Shown: piece by piece, positions 39,801 through 48,375 of the stretch | Numbering within the stretch: position 1 is the stretch's first letter | Layout: every line of letters begins with the position of its first letter | IMG/VR virus record: IMGVR_UViG_3300007770_000001 | DNA: 64,000 bases | Strand: one strand, 5' to 3' | Source of the DNA: a virus | Lineage: Duplodnaviria; Caudoviricetes | Notes under the pieces: generated by a model | Databases searched by the model: none | Told to the model about the DNA's origin: nothing | The model's input: the letters and a program-made list of their open reading frames with translations, nothing else | Position numbers and translations under genes: made by a program

Positions 39801-42160
39801 AGCCGTTCCTCACCAACAAGGTGTCCACAGACTTCGAGGCGCGATTCCGTGTTGAGTCTGGGGTTCTGGGAGCCGGCGATGCCCGAGTCACCATACTGGA
39901 CGGGGTCCGGGAGATCATCCTGGATACCCTCCTGTACACACAGGATGCCAACTCGAGGTCCCTGGTCGCGGATCTCCCGAAGGCTTCCCTCTCCGGGCTC
40001 CGGGCTCCGGTAGATGCAGGCTGGACACAGAACCCCTCGTTTGGCCTTCAGCCCCCGTTCGTGCGGGGACAGACTTTGGAGATCTCCAAGGCGGCAACTG
40101 AGACAGGGATCTGGTCCCGAAGTCTCCCTGATCCCTCGTCAGTCACCTATGAGGGTCTGGTCTCCGAAGCCCGGTTCTCCGTGACATCCAGCACCTCGGG
40201 ATCGGTAGGGATCGGGTTCCTGTTCGGAGTAGACGTCACGGTCGCGACAAACACTGTCCGCTCCGTCCGTATTGGATTCGATACGGGGTCTATCCTCCTC
40301 TTGGACGGCTCTCTGGCCACTATTGGGACCTTGGCCTATGCCTGGGATGATGAGCCCCATACCTATCGGATTCTCTGCGATCCGGTTGCTGATACGGTCG
40401 TCCTGTTGGTGGACGATGTGGTGATTGGAGGGACCCCCCTCAGCGGGTTCGCTTCCTCCACAGGTTCTGCCCAGGCGTTCCTCGGAGCGGAAGGCTCCGG
40501 GGTCTGCGAAGTAGTCCTGGAATCAACCAGCGCTGTACCTCTTCGTCCTGTGGCTCTGCCTGGCTCTTCCCTCGGTCGCACCTTGGGGATCAAGCTACGA
40601 GAGGGAACGGGGATCGATGGGTACAGGATCCCACGTGCAGATACGAGCTCGGCGGCGAACTCCTCCGCTGTCGCGATCCCTGTCATCATGGACTGGCAGA
40701 ACTTCCTCCATACACGGCTCTATCTGGATCCGACATGGGGCGTGAGTCTCTTCCGTCCGGATATCCCTCTGCCCCCCTCTGCAACGGGGGACTTCGCGAC
40801 GGAGACTACGGACCCCACTGCTGCGTGGGCTACGGTCGAGTACGTCCAACTCCCAGTGAACAAGCAGGACAGGGGCTGTGTGGAGTTCGGCGCTCCAGAC
40901 CCAAACTCCATCAGCCAGCAGCGCTGGGATTTTGTCCGCTATCGAATCCGAGGCGCAGTCGACGGAGTAGGGATCGCCCCCCAGGGCATGGTCCTCAACC
41001 GATACGTGACGGCTTCCTCTGGTGAGTTCCTGAGAGATACCACGCCGCAGGTAGTCACTATCACCTCCCGGACCTCGACTCTGGTGTACGTCCCAGACTC
41101 GGCTATGTTCGCGGACAGGGTGTTCGTGGTCCAGGTGGATGGAGCGGTCCTGCCTGTTAGCGACTGGGGGTTCGACAAGAACAGCCAGAACCTCATCCTG
41201 AACTCCCCTCTTCCTGAGGATAACCATCCCGTTACGGTCACTTTCGCACCCGGTCGTCCCGTTACGAAGACGTACCTGTGTGGAGAGCCTATTGAGAACT
41301 CCTCGATTCTCCTGAACGAGGGGACGCCTCCGTTCGAGAAGAGTTGGGACAAGCCTGCCACCGCAACCGTCACGGCAGGGACTCCCATTGATGATCCGGA
41401 CGATGACCTTGATCCCGCTGAGTCTCTCATTCTCACGGATCCCTATCAGTATGTCAAGTTCACGGATGACCCTGAGTCCCGTTATGCTGACCTTGATTTC
41501 TGCGAGGTTGAGGAAGGGAAGAGCGTCCACCTCTCCAGCATGTGCGACGGCCCTGGACCCGAGACAGGTCTGGTAGGGATCACGATCGAGGGCCTGTTCA
41601 CCACGGATCCCTTCTCTGTTCCGGAAGGTCCTGGGGGTCCTTGGGGCCAACAGTCTCCGTTCATCAAGGGGTCTGCCTCCCAGTTCGATCCGACCAAGGT
41701 TCTGCTGGCCTCTGGAGGGGTGGTTCAGGGAGGCACTCTGGGCCCCGGAACCGCGATCCTGTATCCGAACGCACGAGGCCCTTCGGGGAATCCTCCTCCT
41801 GGAGGCATGGGTCTCAACCAGGAGATCTTCCTCGTTATCCAAGAGGTCTCCCCTCGGGAAGAGACCTGGGGCATCCAAGGCACGCTGGGAGATAACGTTC
41901 CGCCCAGCTCAGTGTCTGGAGATCCCAACCCAGACGGGACTCCTGGAGCCACTGGGAATGGCGCTGCTGTCTACATGATGGAGGACTTTGCAGGCGCCAC
42001 CTACTCGAAGCTGGGCCCTTGGGGAGGACTGGACGCCCTGTCCGTTCGGTCCCTCCTTGCAGGGGGCTCCCCTCTCTCCGGGGTGGAGCTCACACTATCA
42101 GGCGGGTCTGCGCTCCCGGGACCTACTGTCACCACAGGGCAGATCGAGGCAGCGAACTAA
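36818..42160 (+). CDS. Very large virion protein, probable baseplate wedge/hub component
   Basis: 1780 aa, beta-rich, with N-terminal GYGG low-complexity repeats and an Ig-like VRVEIFFSEEM segment; CTAT element upstream. Confidence 0.6.
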   Translation: MPVYLPGLTFGGLGYGGAAYGHSSYGGAAFPRSPIAVTSGYGGSPYGTGPYGSLDAIPPKVSSASSLDGFRVEIFFSEEMDPNPALTTPSNYTFTDVYGVPLTPLSVALGTPGSYGGYTSVIVTHSGSTLGGQYQVSVVGVQDLSGNPISLSSATFSSFGDVSQVQISFPSPDDGRTVVLDFENSNGNPQPLLAESVFSPGVDDVASYSVTTSYPAPPTLGSAAQDSSVLSRVVLDLHPMTSTTYNLTVGPAGAYTYDGSVLPDADPNLDGAELGSGTSSTSGTGLILSKSAGFSYGWSLGDTSGRLLTGTSFRADFTLDVSSASIIPSPLNSSVVTFSVSDGTVQIDLVLEDVSGNKVISVLSGALSLQVPAVWDLAETTVSLVRNMKGAFYALLVDGVPLLTFALSAPTGSPVYAAGTAVLLSAPPEINLFRLGGVDVSASATVFTDAWNFIHDLSDTFTGSSVLTQDRIRTLRGPLVRGWGDATPARKEDVTVRVEGTSVPVASINPYIGEIVLETPIPRTAPGTLSIDVDYIWASNPVFPMAGLNTPGLTLNTWSRPGIRPPGGVSGTTGAARTSRFPMSVVLQGGQRTSPKRIGHRFVGFQRGYSALLNSPTTLLLNQSPTAVSKGTISADALYESGGFLGTTTPEAAATPWSLVGTDTGALVGDGTYRLVDASTGSYGTGAGAYYKRDVDLSMTTQVTESGRFYVEEYTADGVFTGVGFGVHDGNQILLVGALLVGGVQHLGVLLDGENPHLEASWDIGPQVTGTATSQSTIQVPFADLPTGVSDGNRFRVASGNQAGVYTVSECGVVQAEDGLTYELTFSPELPADISGFGNDEPEMLFEIKWDSDLISVRTTSEFPLGGATVLVGGPVSGEVAVLTSLPAFPAQTALFLPATKKGVSFWGSLSRRATNQSIWDLVLYSSVPERLTKTLQGLTVQTEMNTLPPDDPNDPWYEVGGFGYAVSPITEELLLKATSSDPGIGLTFSYSRVEPFLTNKVSTDFEARFRVESGVLGAGDARVTILDGVREIILDTLLYTQDANSRSLVADLPKASLSGLRAPVDAGWTQNPSFGLQPPFVRGQTLEISKAATETGIWSRSLPDPSSVTYEGLVSEARFSVTSSTSGSVGIGFLFGVDVTVATNTVRSVRIGFDTGSILLLDGSLATIGTLAYAWDDEPHTYRILCDPVADTVVLLVDDVVIGGTPLSGFASSTGSAQAFLGAEGSGVCEVVLESTSAVPLRPVALPGSSLGRTLGIKLREGTGIDGYRIPRADTSSAANSSAVAIPVIMDWQNFLHTRLYLDPTWGVSLFRPDIPLPPSATGDFATETTDPTAAWATVEYVQLPVNKQDRGCVEFGAPDPNSISQQRWDFVRYRIRGAVDGVGIAPQGMVLNRYVTASSGEFLRDTTPQVVTITSRTSTLVYVPDSAMFADRVFVVQVDGAVLPVSDWGFDKNSQNLILNSPLPEDNHPVTVTFAPGRPVTKTYLCGEPIENSSILLNEGTPPFEKSWDKPATATVTAGTPIDDPDDDLDPAESLILTDPYQYVKFTDDPESRYADLDFCEVEEGKSVHLSSMCDGPGPETGLVGITIEGLFTTDPFSVPEGPGGPWGQQSPFIKGSASQFDPTKVLLASGGVVQGGTLGPGTAILYPNARGPSGNPPPGGMGLNQEIFLVIQEVSPREETWGIQGTLGDNVPPSSVSGDPNPDGTPGATGNGAAVYMMEDFAGATYSKLGPWGGLDALSVRSLLAGGSPLSGVELTLSGGSALPGPTVTTGQIEAAN

Positions 42161-42327
42161 CCCTCGCTTCTGTCCCTCTGAACCCGCTCCCAGTCCTCAG
42201 GACTGACCCAGCGCTCTCCGTCCCAGACTCGTCCGTTCCTCTCCTCCCCCACCTCGGGACTCTTGGTAGGAGGGAGGTAAACCTGAACCGGTCTCCGGAA
42301 AGCAATCCCTGTCTTGGTCATGGCCAT
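42157..42327 (-). CDS. Small hypothetical protein
   Basis: ATG 42327 with AGGAG RBS and a perfect TATAAT upstream. Confidence 0.55.
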   Translation of the reverse strand: MAMTKTGIAFRRPVQVYLPPTKSPEVGEERNGRVWDGERWVSPEDWERVQRDRSEG

Positions 42328-42352
42328 AACCATTCTCCTGTACGACACCTAC

Positions 42353-42358
42353 ATTATA
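42353..42358 (-). promoter_or_regulatory. Sigma70-type -10 box TATAAT
   Basis: Reverse complement of ATTATA, about 25 nt upstream of ATG 42327. Confidence 0.55.
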
Positions 42359-42404
42359 GTGCGTCTCTACCGGGTACAGCCAGAGTACCTCCTCTGGAGT
42401 TCTC

Positions 42405-42680
42405 GTGTCAGAGTCCCACAAGAACGTGTCCTGCCCTGTCGATGATCCGACAGATCTGTTTGGCGTGTTCGCCAACGCTATCCGGTTGCGTTCAGATGGT
42501 CCTGATGTCCTCGTGGATTTTTGCGTGTACTCCTCTACTGAGAACCGCGCTCGGGTAGTGTCGAGAATCCGTGTCCAGAGATCCTTCCTTCCAACGATCC
42601 AAGAGAAGATCGCAAACGCCGTCCCCGGGCTCGTCCGGGAGGAAGCGATCCTCGTCATGCCTCTCCTCGGTGAGACCTAA
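42405..42680 (+). CDS. Small protein resembling DUF3467
   Basis: FANAIRL...VLVDF...ARVVSRIRV pattern. Confidence 0.5.
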   Translation: MSESHKNVSCPVDDPTDLFGVFANAIRLRSDGPDVLVDFCVYSSTENRARVVSRIRVQRSFLPTIQEKIANAVPGLVREEAILVMPLLGET

Positions 42681-42689
42681 GGAGTCCTC

Positions 42690-43733
42690 GTGAGTGAATA
42701 CATTGTGAACACCAAGATCCGCGTCGGCGGTCAGGACCCTCTCGTAGAGCTCTACAAGGGGGAAGTCGTCCGGTTCCAAGGGAGCATGATCACCCGGGAG
42801 AACGGCGACGAGATCCGGCTCACCAACCCAGGGAGTATCCGACAGGCCATCAAGCTGGGGTGGATGGGTCTCGCCAGCCAAGGCCAGGGTGAGTACCGTT
42901 CCCGTCCCGCCCCCATCCAGGTCCACTCCCCCGAGTCGAGGGGGCGGGACCGGACCTCGATCAAGATGAACACCGCCCACGAGGAAGAGACGGAGGTCGG
43001 AACCGTAGAGAGCGTCCGCCCCGACAACGCCCCCCGGACTCACCAGGCCAAGAACGCGGGCCAGTACACTGTTGTCGAGGAGCAGGAAGGCCAGGTGGTC
43101 GGCCGGTTCAAGTCCTCGGCCAAGGCCGGTACTGTCGAGGTGGGCAAGAACGATCAGCAGATCAAGCGTCAGCTGGACAACAACCCCCGACGGGGTGTGG
43201 AGCGCGTCGCCCCTCGGATCTCTCAGCCGGACAATCCCCGAGAGGGCGTCACAGTCACTGGAGGAAGCTCCATTGGAGGAGAGGAGACCGGACGTGTGGT
43301 CGGCCGTGTTTCCCGCGAGGAGCGGACTCCCGCCCCCCAGGTAGGCCCTGCCCCTACCCCCCGCCCTGCAGCTTCTCGGAAGGGACGTCGCAGTCTCCCG
43401 AAGGACGCCACTGCGGCTCTCCGTGAGTGGGTGTTCGAAGGGGAGACCTGGGATGGTCAGCCGATGGACATGAAGTCGGTTCGCACTCTCCTGGGCAAGC
43501 ACTTCCGCACCCTGGACACCAACACGATGGTGTCTCGTGCAGAGGCGGCAGCCTCCGAGCCTGCAGCCCCCCAGGACGAGCCTGTCTGGAACCTCTCCCT
43601 CCACTGGAAGACGCGTGAGTCCCGGGTACGCCACCACGCGGAGAACGAAGAGGTCCTCCAGTGGATCCTGGACAACGACTCGAGCAACGCCGTCAAGAAG
43701 AAGGCGCGTCGGTTCCTTGAGGATCTCCTGTAG
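42690..43733 (+). CDS. Hypothetical protein
   Basis: AAGGAG RBS, typical codon usage. Confidence 0.7.
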   Translation: MSEYIVNTKIRVGGQDPLVELYKGEVVRFQGSMITRENGDEIRLTNPGSIRQAIKLGWMGLASQGQGEYRSRPAPIQVHSPESRGRDRTSIKMNTAHEEETEVGTVESVRPDNAPRTHQAKNAGQYTVVEEQEGQVVGRFKSSAKAGTVEVGKNDQQIKRQLDNNPRRGVERVAPRISQPDNPREGVTVTGGSSIGGEETGRVVGRVSREERTPAPQVGPAPTPRPAASRKGRRSLPKDATAALREWVFEGETWDGQPMDMKSVRTLLGKHFRTLDTNTMVSRAEAAASEPAAPQDEPVWNLSLHWKTRESRVRHHAENEEVLQWILDNDSSNAVKKKARRFLEDLL

Positions 43734-43778
43734 GTCCGGTATCTTCGCTATTCACAGCGAACCCTGCTGGAGCTCTAC

Positions 43779-44414
43779 ATGAAAATCCTCAAGGAAAGGT
43801 TCCGGAGCTTCTCCGACCAGGTTCGGATGCTCCTGGGTCTGGTCTACGAAGATAGCTTCCCCACGCCCAAGAAGGGGGAGGTCTTCATCCGGGTCGAGGA
43901 CGCCGACACCGGCGAGCTCATCGAAGAGCGTCACATCAAGAATGTGATCACCCTCGATGCAGGCCTCTTGGCCTCTACGTTGATGCTTGCGCCGACCTCT
44001 CGGAACGGCATCAACATGTTGGCCGTAGGGACCGGCGCCACTGGAGCCGTCCTGTCTCCGGACGCTCCGGACCCCAAGCAGAGGAAGCTCAACGCGGAGA
44101 TCGCTCGGAAGACGTTTTCCTCGACTACCTATCGTGACGCCAGCGGGAACGCGGTTTCGATCCGGACCGACATCCTCGACATGACCACGACCTTCGAAGC
44201 GGGAGAGGCGGTTGGTCCGCTCAACGAGATGGGTCTCATGTCCACCATCTCGGACAACACGGGTGTCCAGAACCTGAATCCCGACACGTACCCGACTCGG
44301 GACGTCACGGTGGATGTGGATGACTACGACATCCTCGTGAACTATCTGACGTTTGGCGTGATTTCTATCCCGGCGACCGCCAGATGGAGCCTTACCTGGA
44401 GAATAACCTTCTGA
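43779..44414 (+). CDS. Tail collar/baseplate-associated protein; 3' end recoded
   Basis: LAVGTG...LNAEIARK...TTTFEAGEAVGPLNEMGL...TWRITF resembles tail-collar fibre N-terminal-like proteins; CTAT element 31 nt upstream. Confidence 0.6.
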   Translation: MKILKERFRSFSDQVRMLLGLVYEDSFPTPKKGEVFIRVEDADTGELIEERHIKNVITLDAGLLASTLMLAPTSRNGINMLAVGTGATGAVLSPDAPDPKQRKLNAEIARKTFSSTTYRDASGNAVSIRTDILDMTTTFEAGEAVGPLNEMGLMSTISDNTGVQNLNPDTYPTRDVTVDVDDYDILVNYLTFGVISIPATARWSLTWRITF

Positions 44415-44494
44415 TTTCAGTGGGTTACAGGCCAAGGTAGTTTACCGGGATATCATAGATAGCGGCCTACACCGACTCAGGGTATCCTGGTTGT

Positions 44495-45640
44495 ATGCCT
44501 CTTCAGTGTCCTGTGTGCTCTCGGAACGGGTTCAAACGACTCACGCGCCACTTGAAACAGGCCCATTCTCTTTCGAAGCCTGAGGCCCTTGCGCGCTATC
44601 CGGGGCTGGTCTTCGAGGAACCCCTTCCTTCTCGGGAGATTCCCTGCTCAAGCTGCGGGGAGATCGTTCCTGGGGTTTCCCCGCGTGCGACCTACGTCAA
44701 GTGCGAGAAGTGTCGAGTCCCCCCATACACAGGACCCCAGGTATCCTGCGCACTATGTGGAATCTCCCGAAGGAGTCTTCGGAACCACCTCAGGGCGTCT
44801 CATGAGTTGACACCGGACCAGTATCGTGCCAAGTATCCAGGAGAACCCGTAGAGGTTCCTGGGATCCGAAAGAAGTCTCCAGAGACCCGCACCAAGATGT
44901 CTGCCGGAGCTACTCGTCGGTGGTCCGACCCTGAGAAGAGAGCAGAGCAATCCGCTAAGCTGAAGCAGGTAGCTCCCTGGAAGGGGAAGAAGCTATCTCC
45001 AGAGCATAGGGAAGCCATATCCAAGGCTGTCACAGGGTGCGACTACAACCTATCGGAAGAGGGGCGTAGGATCCGAGCAGAGTGTGGTCGGCGTGCTCTT
45101 GAGAAGATTCGCCAGAGACCTGGATATTGGGAGCGCGTTCGGAAAGGCCAGAAGGAGTCTCGTGCAAGAAGAGCTCGGGAGGGAACTCTCTATTTCCCAA
45201 ACGGAAGAGGGATATCCGGGATCCGGAAGGATGTTGGACACTTCACCAGGTCTACGTTGGAGGCCAACTTTTCCCGGGTTCTCCTCCTCAACAAGATCCC
45301 CTACCAATATGAGCCGAAGTGCTTTAATCTGCAGATAGGGGGGAACACGGTCCTCTATCTCCCAGACTTCTACCTTGAGGAACCTTTGTCCCACGACGGG
45401 CGAGTTCTTGTCCCTGCAGGTTGGGTTGAACTGAAAGGTTGGAGACCTAAACCGAGCGATATCCCTTGGATTGCTCAGGAGAAGATAGACGCCCTGTCCC
45501 TTCTGGTAGGGTCTTCAGTAGCCCTGGTGGTCCAATCCGAGCCCTCCTGGACAGATATCCGAGACATTTGGAGACCGCAGATACCCTTGTGGGAGACGGG
45601 ACGTAGGAATCTGCGGACGAACCCTCAGATGTTTCGTTGA
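44495..45640 (+). CDS. Homing endonuclease: MucR/Ros-like Zn fingers + NUMOD3 + PD-(D/E)XK nuclease
   Basis: CPVC...HLKQAH and CALC...HLRASHELTPDQYRAKYP fingers; KSPETRTKMS and LSPEHREAIS units; RSTLEANF...YQYEP...YLPDFYL...WVELKGW nuclease motif. Confidence 0.8.
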   Translation: MPLQCPVCSRNGFKRLTRHLKQAHSLSKPEALARYPGLVFEEPLPSREIPCSSCGEIVPGVSPRATYVKCEKCRVPPYTGPQVSCALCGISRRSLRNHLRASHELTPDQYRAKYPGEPVEVPGIRKKSPETRTKMSAGATRRWSDPEKRAEQSAKLKQVAPWKGKKLSPEHREAISKAVTGCDYNLSEEGRRIRAECGRRALEKIRQRPGYWERVRKGQKESRARRAREGTLYFPNGRGISGIRKDVGHFTRSTLEANFSRVLLLNKIPYQYEPKCFNLQIGGNTVLYLPDFYLEEPLSHDGRVLVPAGWVELKGWRPKPSDIPWIAQEKIDALSLLVGSSVALVVQSEPSWTDIRDIWRPQIPLWETGRRNLRTNPQMFR

Positions 45641-45720
45641 TCTTGATGGAGTCTGACTTGGCGGATCACCTTCTAACAGGCGTGTCCCGCCGGTAAAGTC
45701 TCCCGTTGGCGGGAGACCCT

Positions 45721-46782
45721 ATGAGAACGCTCACGATACGAGCGCCGGACGACATGCATCTCCACCTACGGCAAGGGGAGATGCTTCCCGATCTGGTGTC
45801 CTATTCGGCGATGCACTGGTCTCGCGGCATCGTGATGCCCAACACCAAGCCCCCAGTGCTAACGCACTGGGATGCCGCCGGCTATTGTGCGAAAATCATG
45901 GAGGCCGGCACGGGCTTCCAGCCCCTCATGACCCTCTACATGACGGATGGGACCACTCCTCAGATCATCGAGGACGCGGCGGAGTCTGGATTCATCTACG
46001 GGGTCAAGCTCTATCCCCACGGAGCCACAACCAACTCCGATGAGGGCGTCACCGAGATCGAGAACATCTATCCGGCCCTGGCGGTGATGGAGGAGCACGG
46101 GCTCCCTCTCCTGGTGCACGGGGAACTCACCCACGACTACATGGGTGAGGTGGACTTCTTCGACCGCGAGGAGAGATTCCTCCATGCGGTCATGCGTCCC
46201 ATCCTGGACCGCTACCCCGACCTTCGGGTGGTCCTCGAACACATCACGACCCGAGCAGCCACCTCTTGGATTCGGATGGTGCAACCCGAACTCCCGGAAG
46301 ATGTCAAACCCGGAGTACCTCAGATCGCTGCAACGATCACGGCCCATCATCTCCTGGAGAACCGGAACGCTCTCTTTCGGGAGGGGGCCAACACCCACAA
46401 CTTCTGCCTTCCCGTCCTGAAGCGCGAAGTCGATCGACAGGCCCTGGTGTCGGCGGCAACCTCCCGGGAGCCCTGGTTTTTCGCGGGGACTGACTCTGCC
46501 CCCCACACTGTCTACGCCAAGCACAACCACGGTTGTGCCGGGTGCTACACAGCCCCCCATGCGCTCCAGCTCTATGCTGAGGTCTTTGATCAGGTGGGTC
46601 TCCTCGAGAGACTGGAGGACTTCACCTCTCGATTCGGGGCGGAGTACTATGGACTCCCTCTCAACCCCCACAGCATCACCCTCAAGGAGGAACCCTATGT
46701 GGTCCCCCTACACCACATGATCGGGAACAAGCCTGTGGTGCCCTTCTGGGCGGGTCGGAGGTTGGCGTGGTCCGTAGCCTGA
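45721..46782 (+). CDS. pyrC: Dihydroorotase, E. coli-type (class II)
   Basis: DDMHLHLR, MPN, VKLYP, VHGE, LEHITT, FCLPVLK and GTDSAPH motifs; GGGAG RBS before ATG 45721. Confidence 0.95.
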   Translation: MRTLTIRAPDDMHLHLRQGEMLPDLVSYSAMHWSRGIVMPNTKPPVLTHWDAAGYCAKIMEAGTGFQPLMTLYMTDGTTPQIIEDAAESGFIYGVKLYPHGATTNSDEGVTEIENIYPALAVMEEHGLPLLVHGELTHDYMGEVDFFDREERFLHAVMRPILDRYPDLRVVLEHITTRAATSWIRMVQPELPEDVKPGVPQIAATITAHHLLENRNALFREGANTHNFCLPVLKREVDRQALVSAATSREPWFFAGTDSAPHTVYAKHNHGCAGCYTAPHALQLYAEVFDQVGLLERLEDFTSRFGAEYYGLPLNPHSITLKEEPYVVPLHHMIGNKPVVPFWAGRRLAWSVA

Positions 46783-47792
46783 GCTTCCTCGACTTCATCT
46801 ATCGCTACGGGCTCAAACAAGTCCTGTTCCCTCTGGATGCTGAGAGATGTCACGAGGCCATGCTCTGGTCCGCTCGACACTTCTCCCGGTTCCTCCCGAT
46901 GACTCCTTTCCCCAAGGGCATAGAATCCAAGATCGGGGACATCGAGATTCCGGGTCCTGTGGGTCTGGCCGCAGGGATGGACAAGAACGGGGACGCCCTC
47001 CCTCTATGGGAGCGCCTTGGGTTCGGATTCATCGAGATAGGCTCAGTCCTCCTCCACCCCCAGGAAGGGAATCCGCGCCCGCGTATCAAGAGGCTCCCTG
47101 AGGAGATGCTCTGGAACTGGATGGGATTCCCCAGCGCTGGCATGGTACGGGTGAAGAGGAACTTCCGCCACTGGCAGGACTGCGGTCTCTGGCCTTCGGT
47201 TCCTGTTGGGATCAACATCGGTCTGAACAAGGAGGTCGAGGCCAAGGACGCCCCTCTCCACTATGCATCAGTGGCCAACTTCCTGTCTCAGTTCGCCGAC
47301 TACTTCGTGGTGAACCTGTCCTCCCCGAATACTCCCGGACTGCGGAGCCTCCAGCACCGGGAGAACTTCAAGAGGATCGTCGGGGCTGTCCTAAAGGCAG
47401 TTCCCCACGTCCGAGTCTTCGTGAAGCTCAGTCCTGACCTCCCTCCCCTCCCCTACATGGAAGTTCTGGAAGCCGCTGAGAGAGTCGGAGTTCACGGGAT
47501 CATCGCGACGAATACCTCGGGACACTCAGGCCTCAACCCTCGAGGGCACGGAGGGGTCTCAGGATCCTACCTGTACCACAACTCCCAGGAGAAGGTCCAG
47601 GCTGCTCTCCAGGGAACTCGACTTCCTGTGATTGCCTGTGGAGGGATCAACTCCACCTATCGAACCCAGAAGGCTCTCCTGGATGGTTGTGCTGCTGTAC
47701 AGCTTCTCACGGCCCTTGTCTTCAAAGGCCCGGCCTTCCCCCACCGGATCAACCAGGGGCTCTACAAGCTCCTACAGGACGCTCCAGAATAG
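46767..47792 (+). CDS. pyrD: Dihydroorotate dehydrogenase (quinone), class 2
   Basis: GLAAGMDKNG, IEIGSV...PQEGNPRPR, VNLSSPNTPGLR (catalytic Ser), VKLSPD, IATNT, GGVSG, CGGI, VQLLTALVFKGP. Confidence 0.95.
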   Translation: MVRSLSFLDFIYRYGLKQVLFPLDAERCHEAMLWSARHFSRFLPMTPFPKGIESKIGDIEIPGPVGLAAGMDKNGDALPLWERLGFGFIEIGSVLLHPQEGNPRPRIKRLPEEMLWNWMGFPSAGMVRVKRNFRHWQDCGLWPSVPVGINIGLNKEVEAKDAPLHYASVANFLSQFADYFVVNLSSPNTPGLRSLQHRENFKRIVGAVLKAVPHVRVFVKLSPDLPPLPYMEVLEAAERVGVHGIIATNTSGHSGLNPRGHGGVSGSYLYHNSQEKVQAALQGTRLPVIACGGINSTYRTQKALLDGCAAVQLLTALVFKGPAFPHRINQGLYKLLQDAPE

Positions 47793-48375
47793 CTCGAGCG
47801 CGGGCTACGTCTTCGTCCCGAAGTCCGTGTCGGGAGCTCACTCGGATGAACCGGGAGAAGCTCTCGGGATCTGGTTCCGGCATCCGAGCCTCCCAGCCTT
47901 CCCACGGGCCCCACTCTTCCACCCAGTTGGATGAGAACCACTCCCGGGTGTATTGACACCTCTCCTCTGAGAATGGTAGGTCTCGGTCGTCGAAGATCAC
48001 GTAGGAGAGGATCTCTCGCCCCTTCATCCAGTCGCGGATCTGTTGGGGGCGGTCTGGCCAGGTGAGGCTCTCCGGCCCCTGGTCTGTGTATCCGATGACG
48101 AGCTCGTTGGGGACTCCACACTCCTCCAGGTCTTGTATGGCAAACTGGACTTTCTCCTCCAAGGTGTATGTAGATTCCTCAAACATTTGGACAGCGTCTG
48201 ATATGATGACGACCCGAGCCCCTGTTTCGTCGCAGAGGTCCTTGATCCGGGCCCCGCACAAGGGGTCGAGCCGTTCATCCCGGTCCAGATCTCTACGGAG
48301 AGGTCCGTCCATGACCCCGTAGAAGTCCAGGAAGATGATCTTCAACGCGTCGGAATGGTCTTCCACCACAGACAC
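47749..48375 (-). CDS. HAD-like protein of the Swiss-army-knife RNA-repair type (HAD_SAK-like), with variant motif I
   Basis: IIFLDFYGVM, VVIISD, IGYT...RPQQIRDW...YVIFDD; the second Asp of DxD is Tyr. Confidence 0.65.
   Translation of the reverse strand: MSVVEDHSDALKIIFLDFYGVMDGPLRRDLDRDERLDPLCGARIKDLCDETGARVVIISDAVQMFEESTYTLEEKVQFAIQDLEECGVPNELVIGYTDQGPESLTWPDRPQQIRDWMKGREILSYVIFDDRDLPFSEERCQYTREWFSSNWVEEWGPWEGWEARMPEPDPESFSRFIRVSSRHGLRDEDVARARAILERPVGACRAPG

Noticed and set aside
45671-45676. TTCTAA as a dedicated -35 box for pyrC
   Set aside because: The 17-nt spacing fits, but the hexamer is explained as the stranded TTC TAA end of the interrupted gene, so it is not independent evidence.
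45721-47792. Host chromosomal contamination explaining pyrC-pyrD
   Set aside because: The genes are flanked directly by phage genes with similar codon usage and no other housekeeping genes. Read-level confirmation is still advisable.
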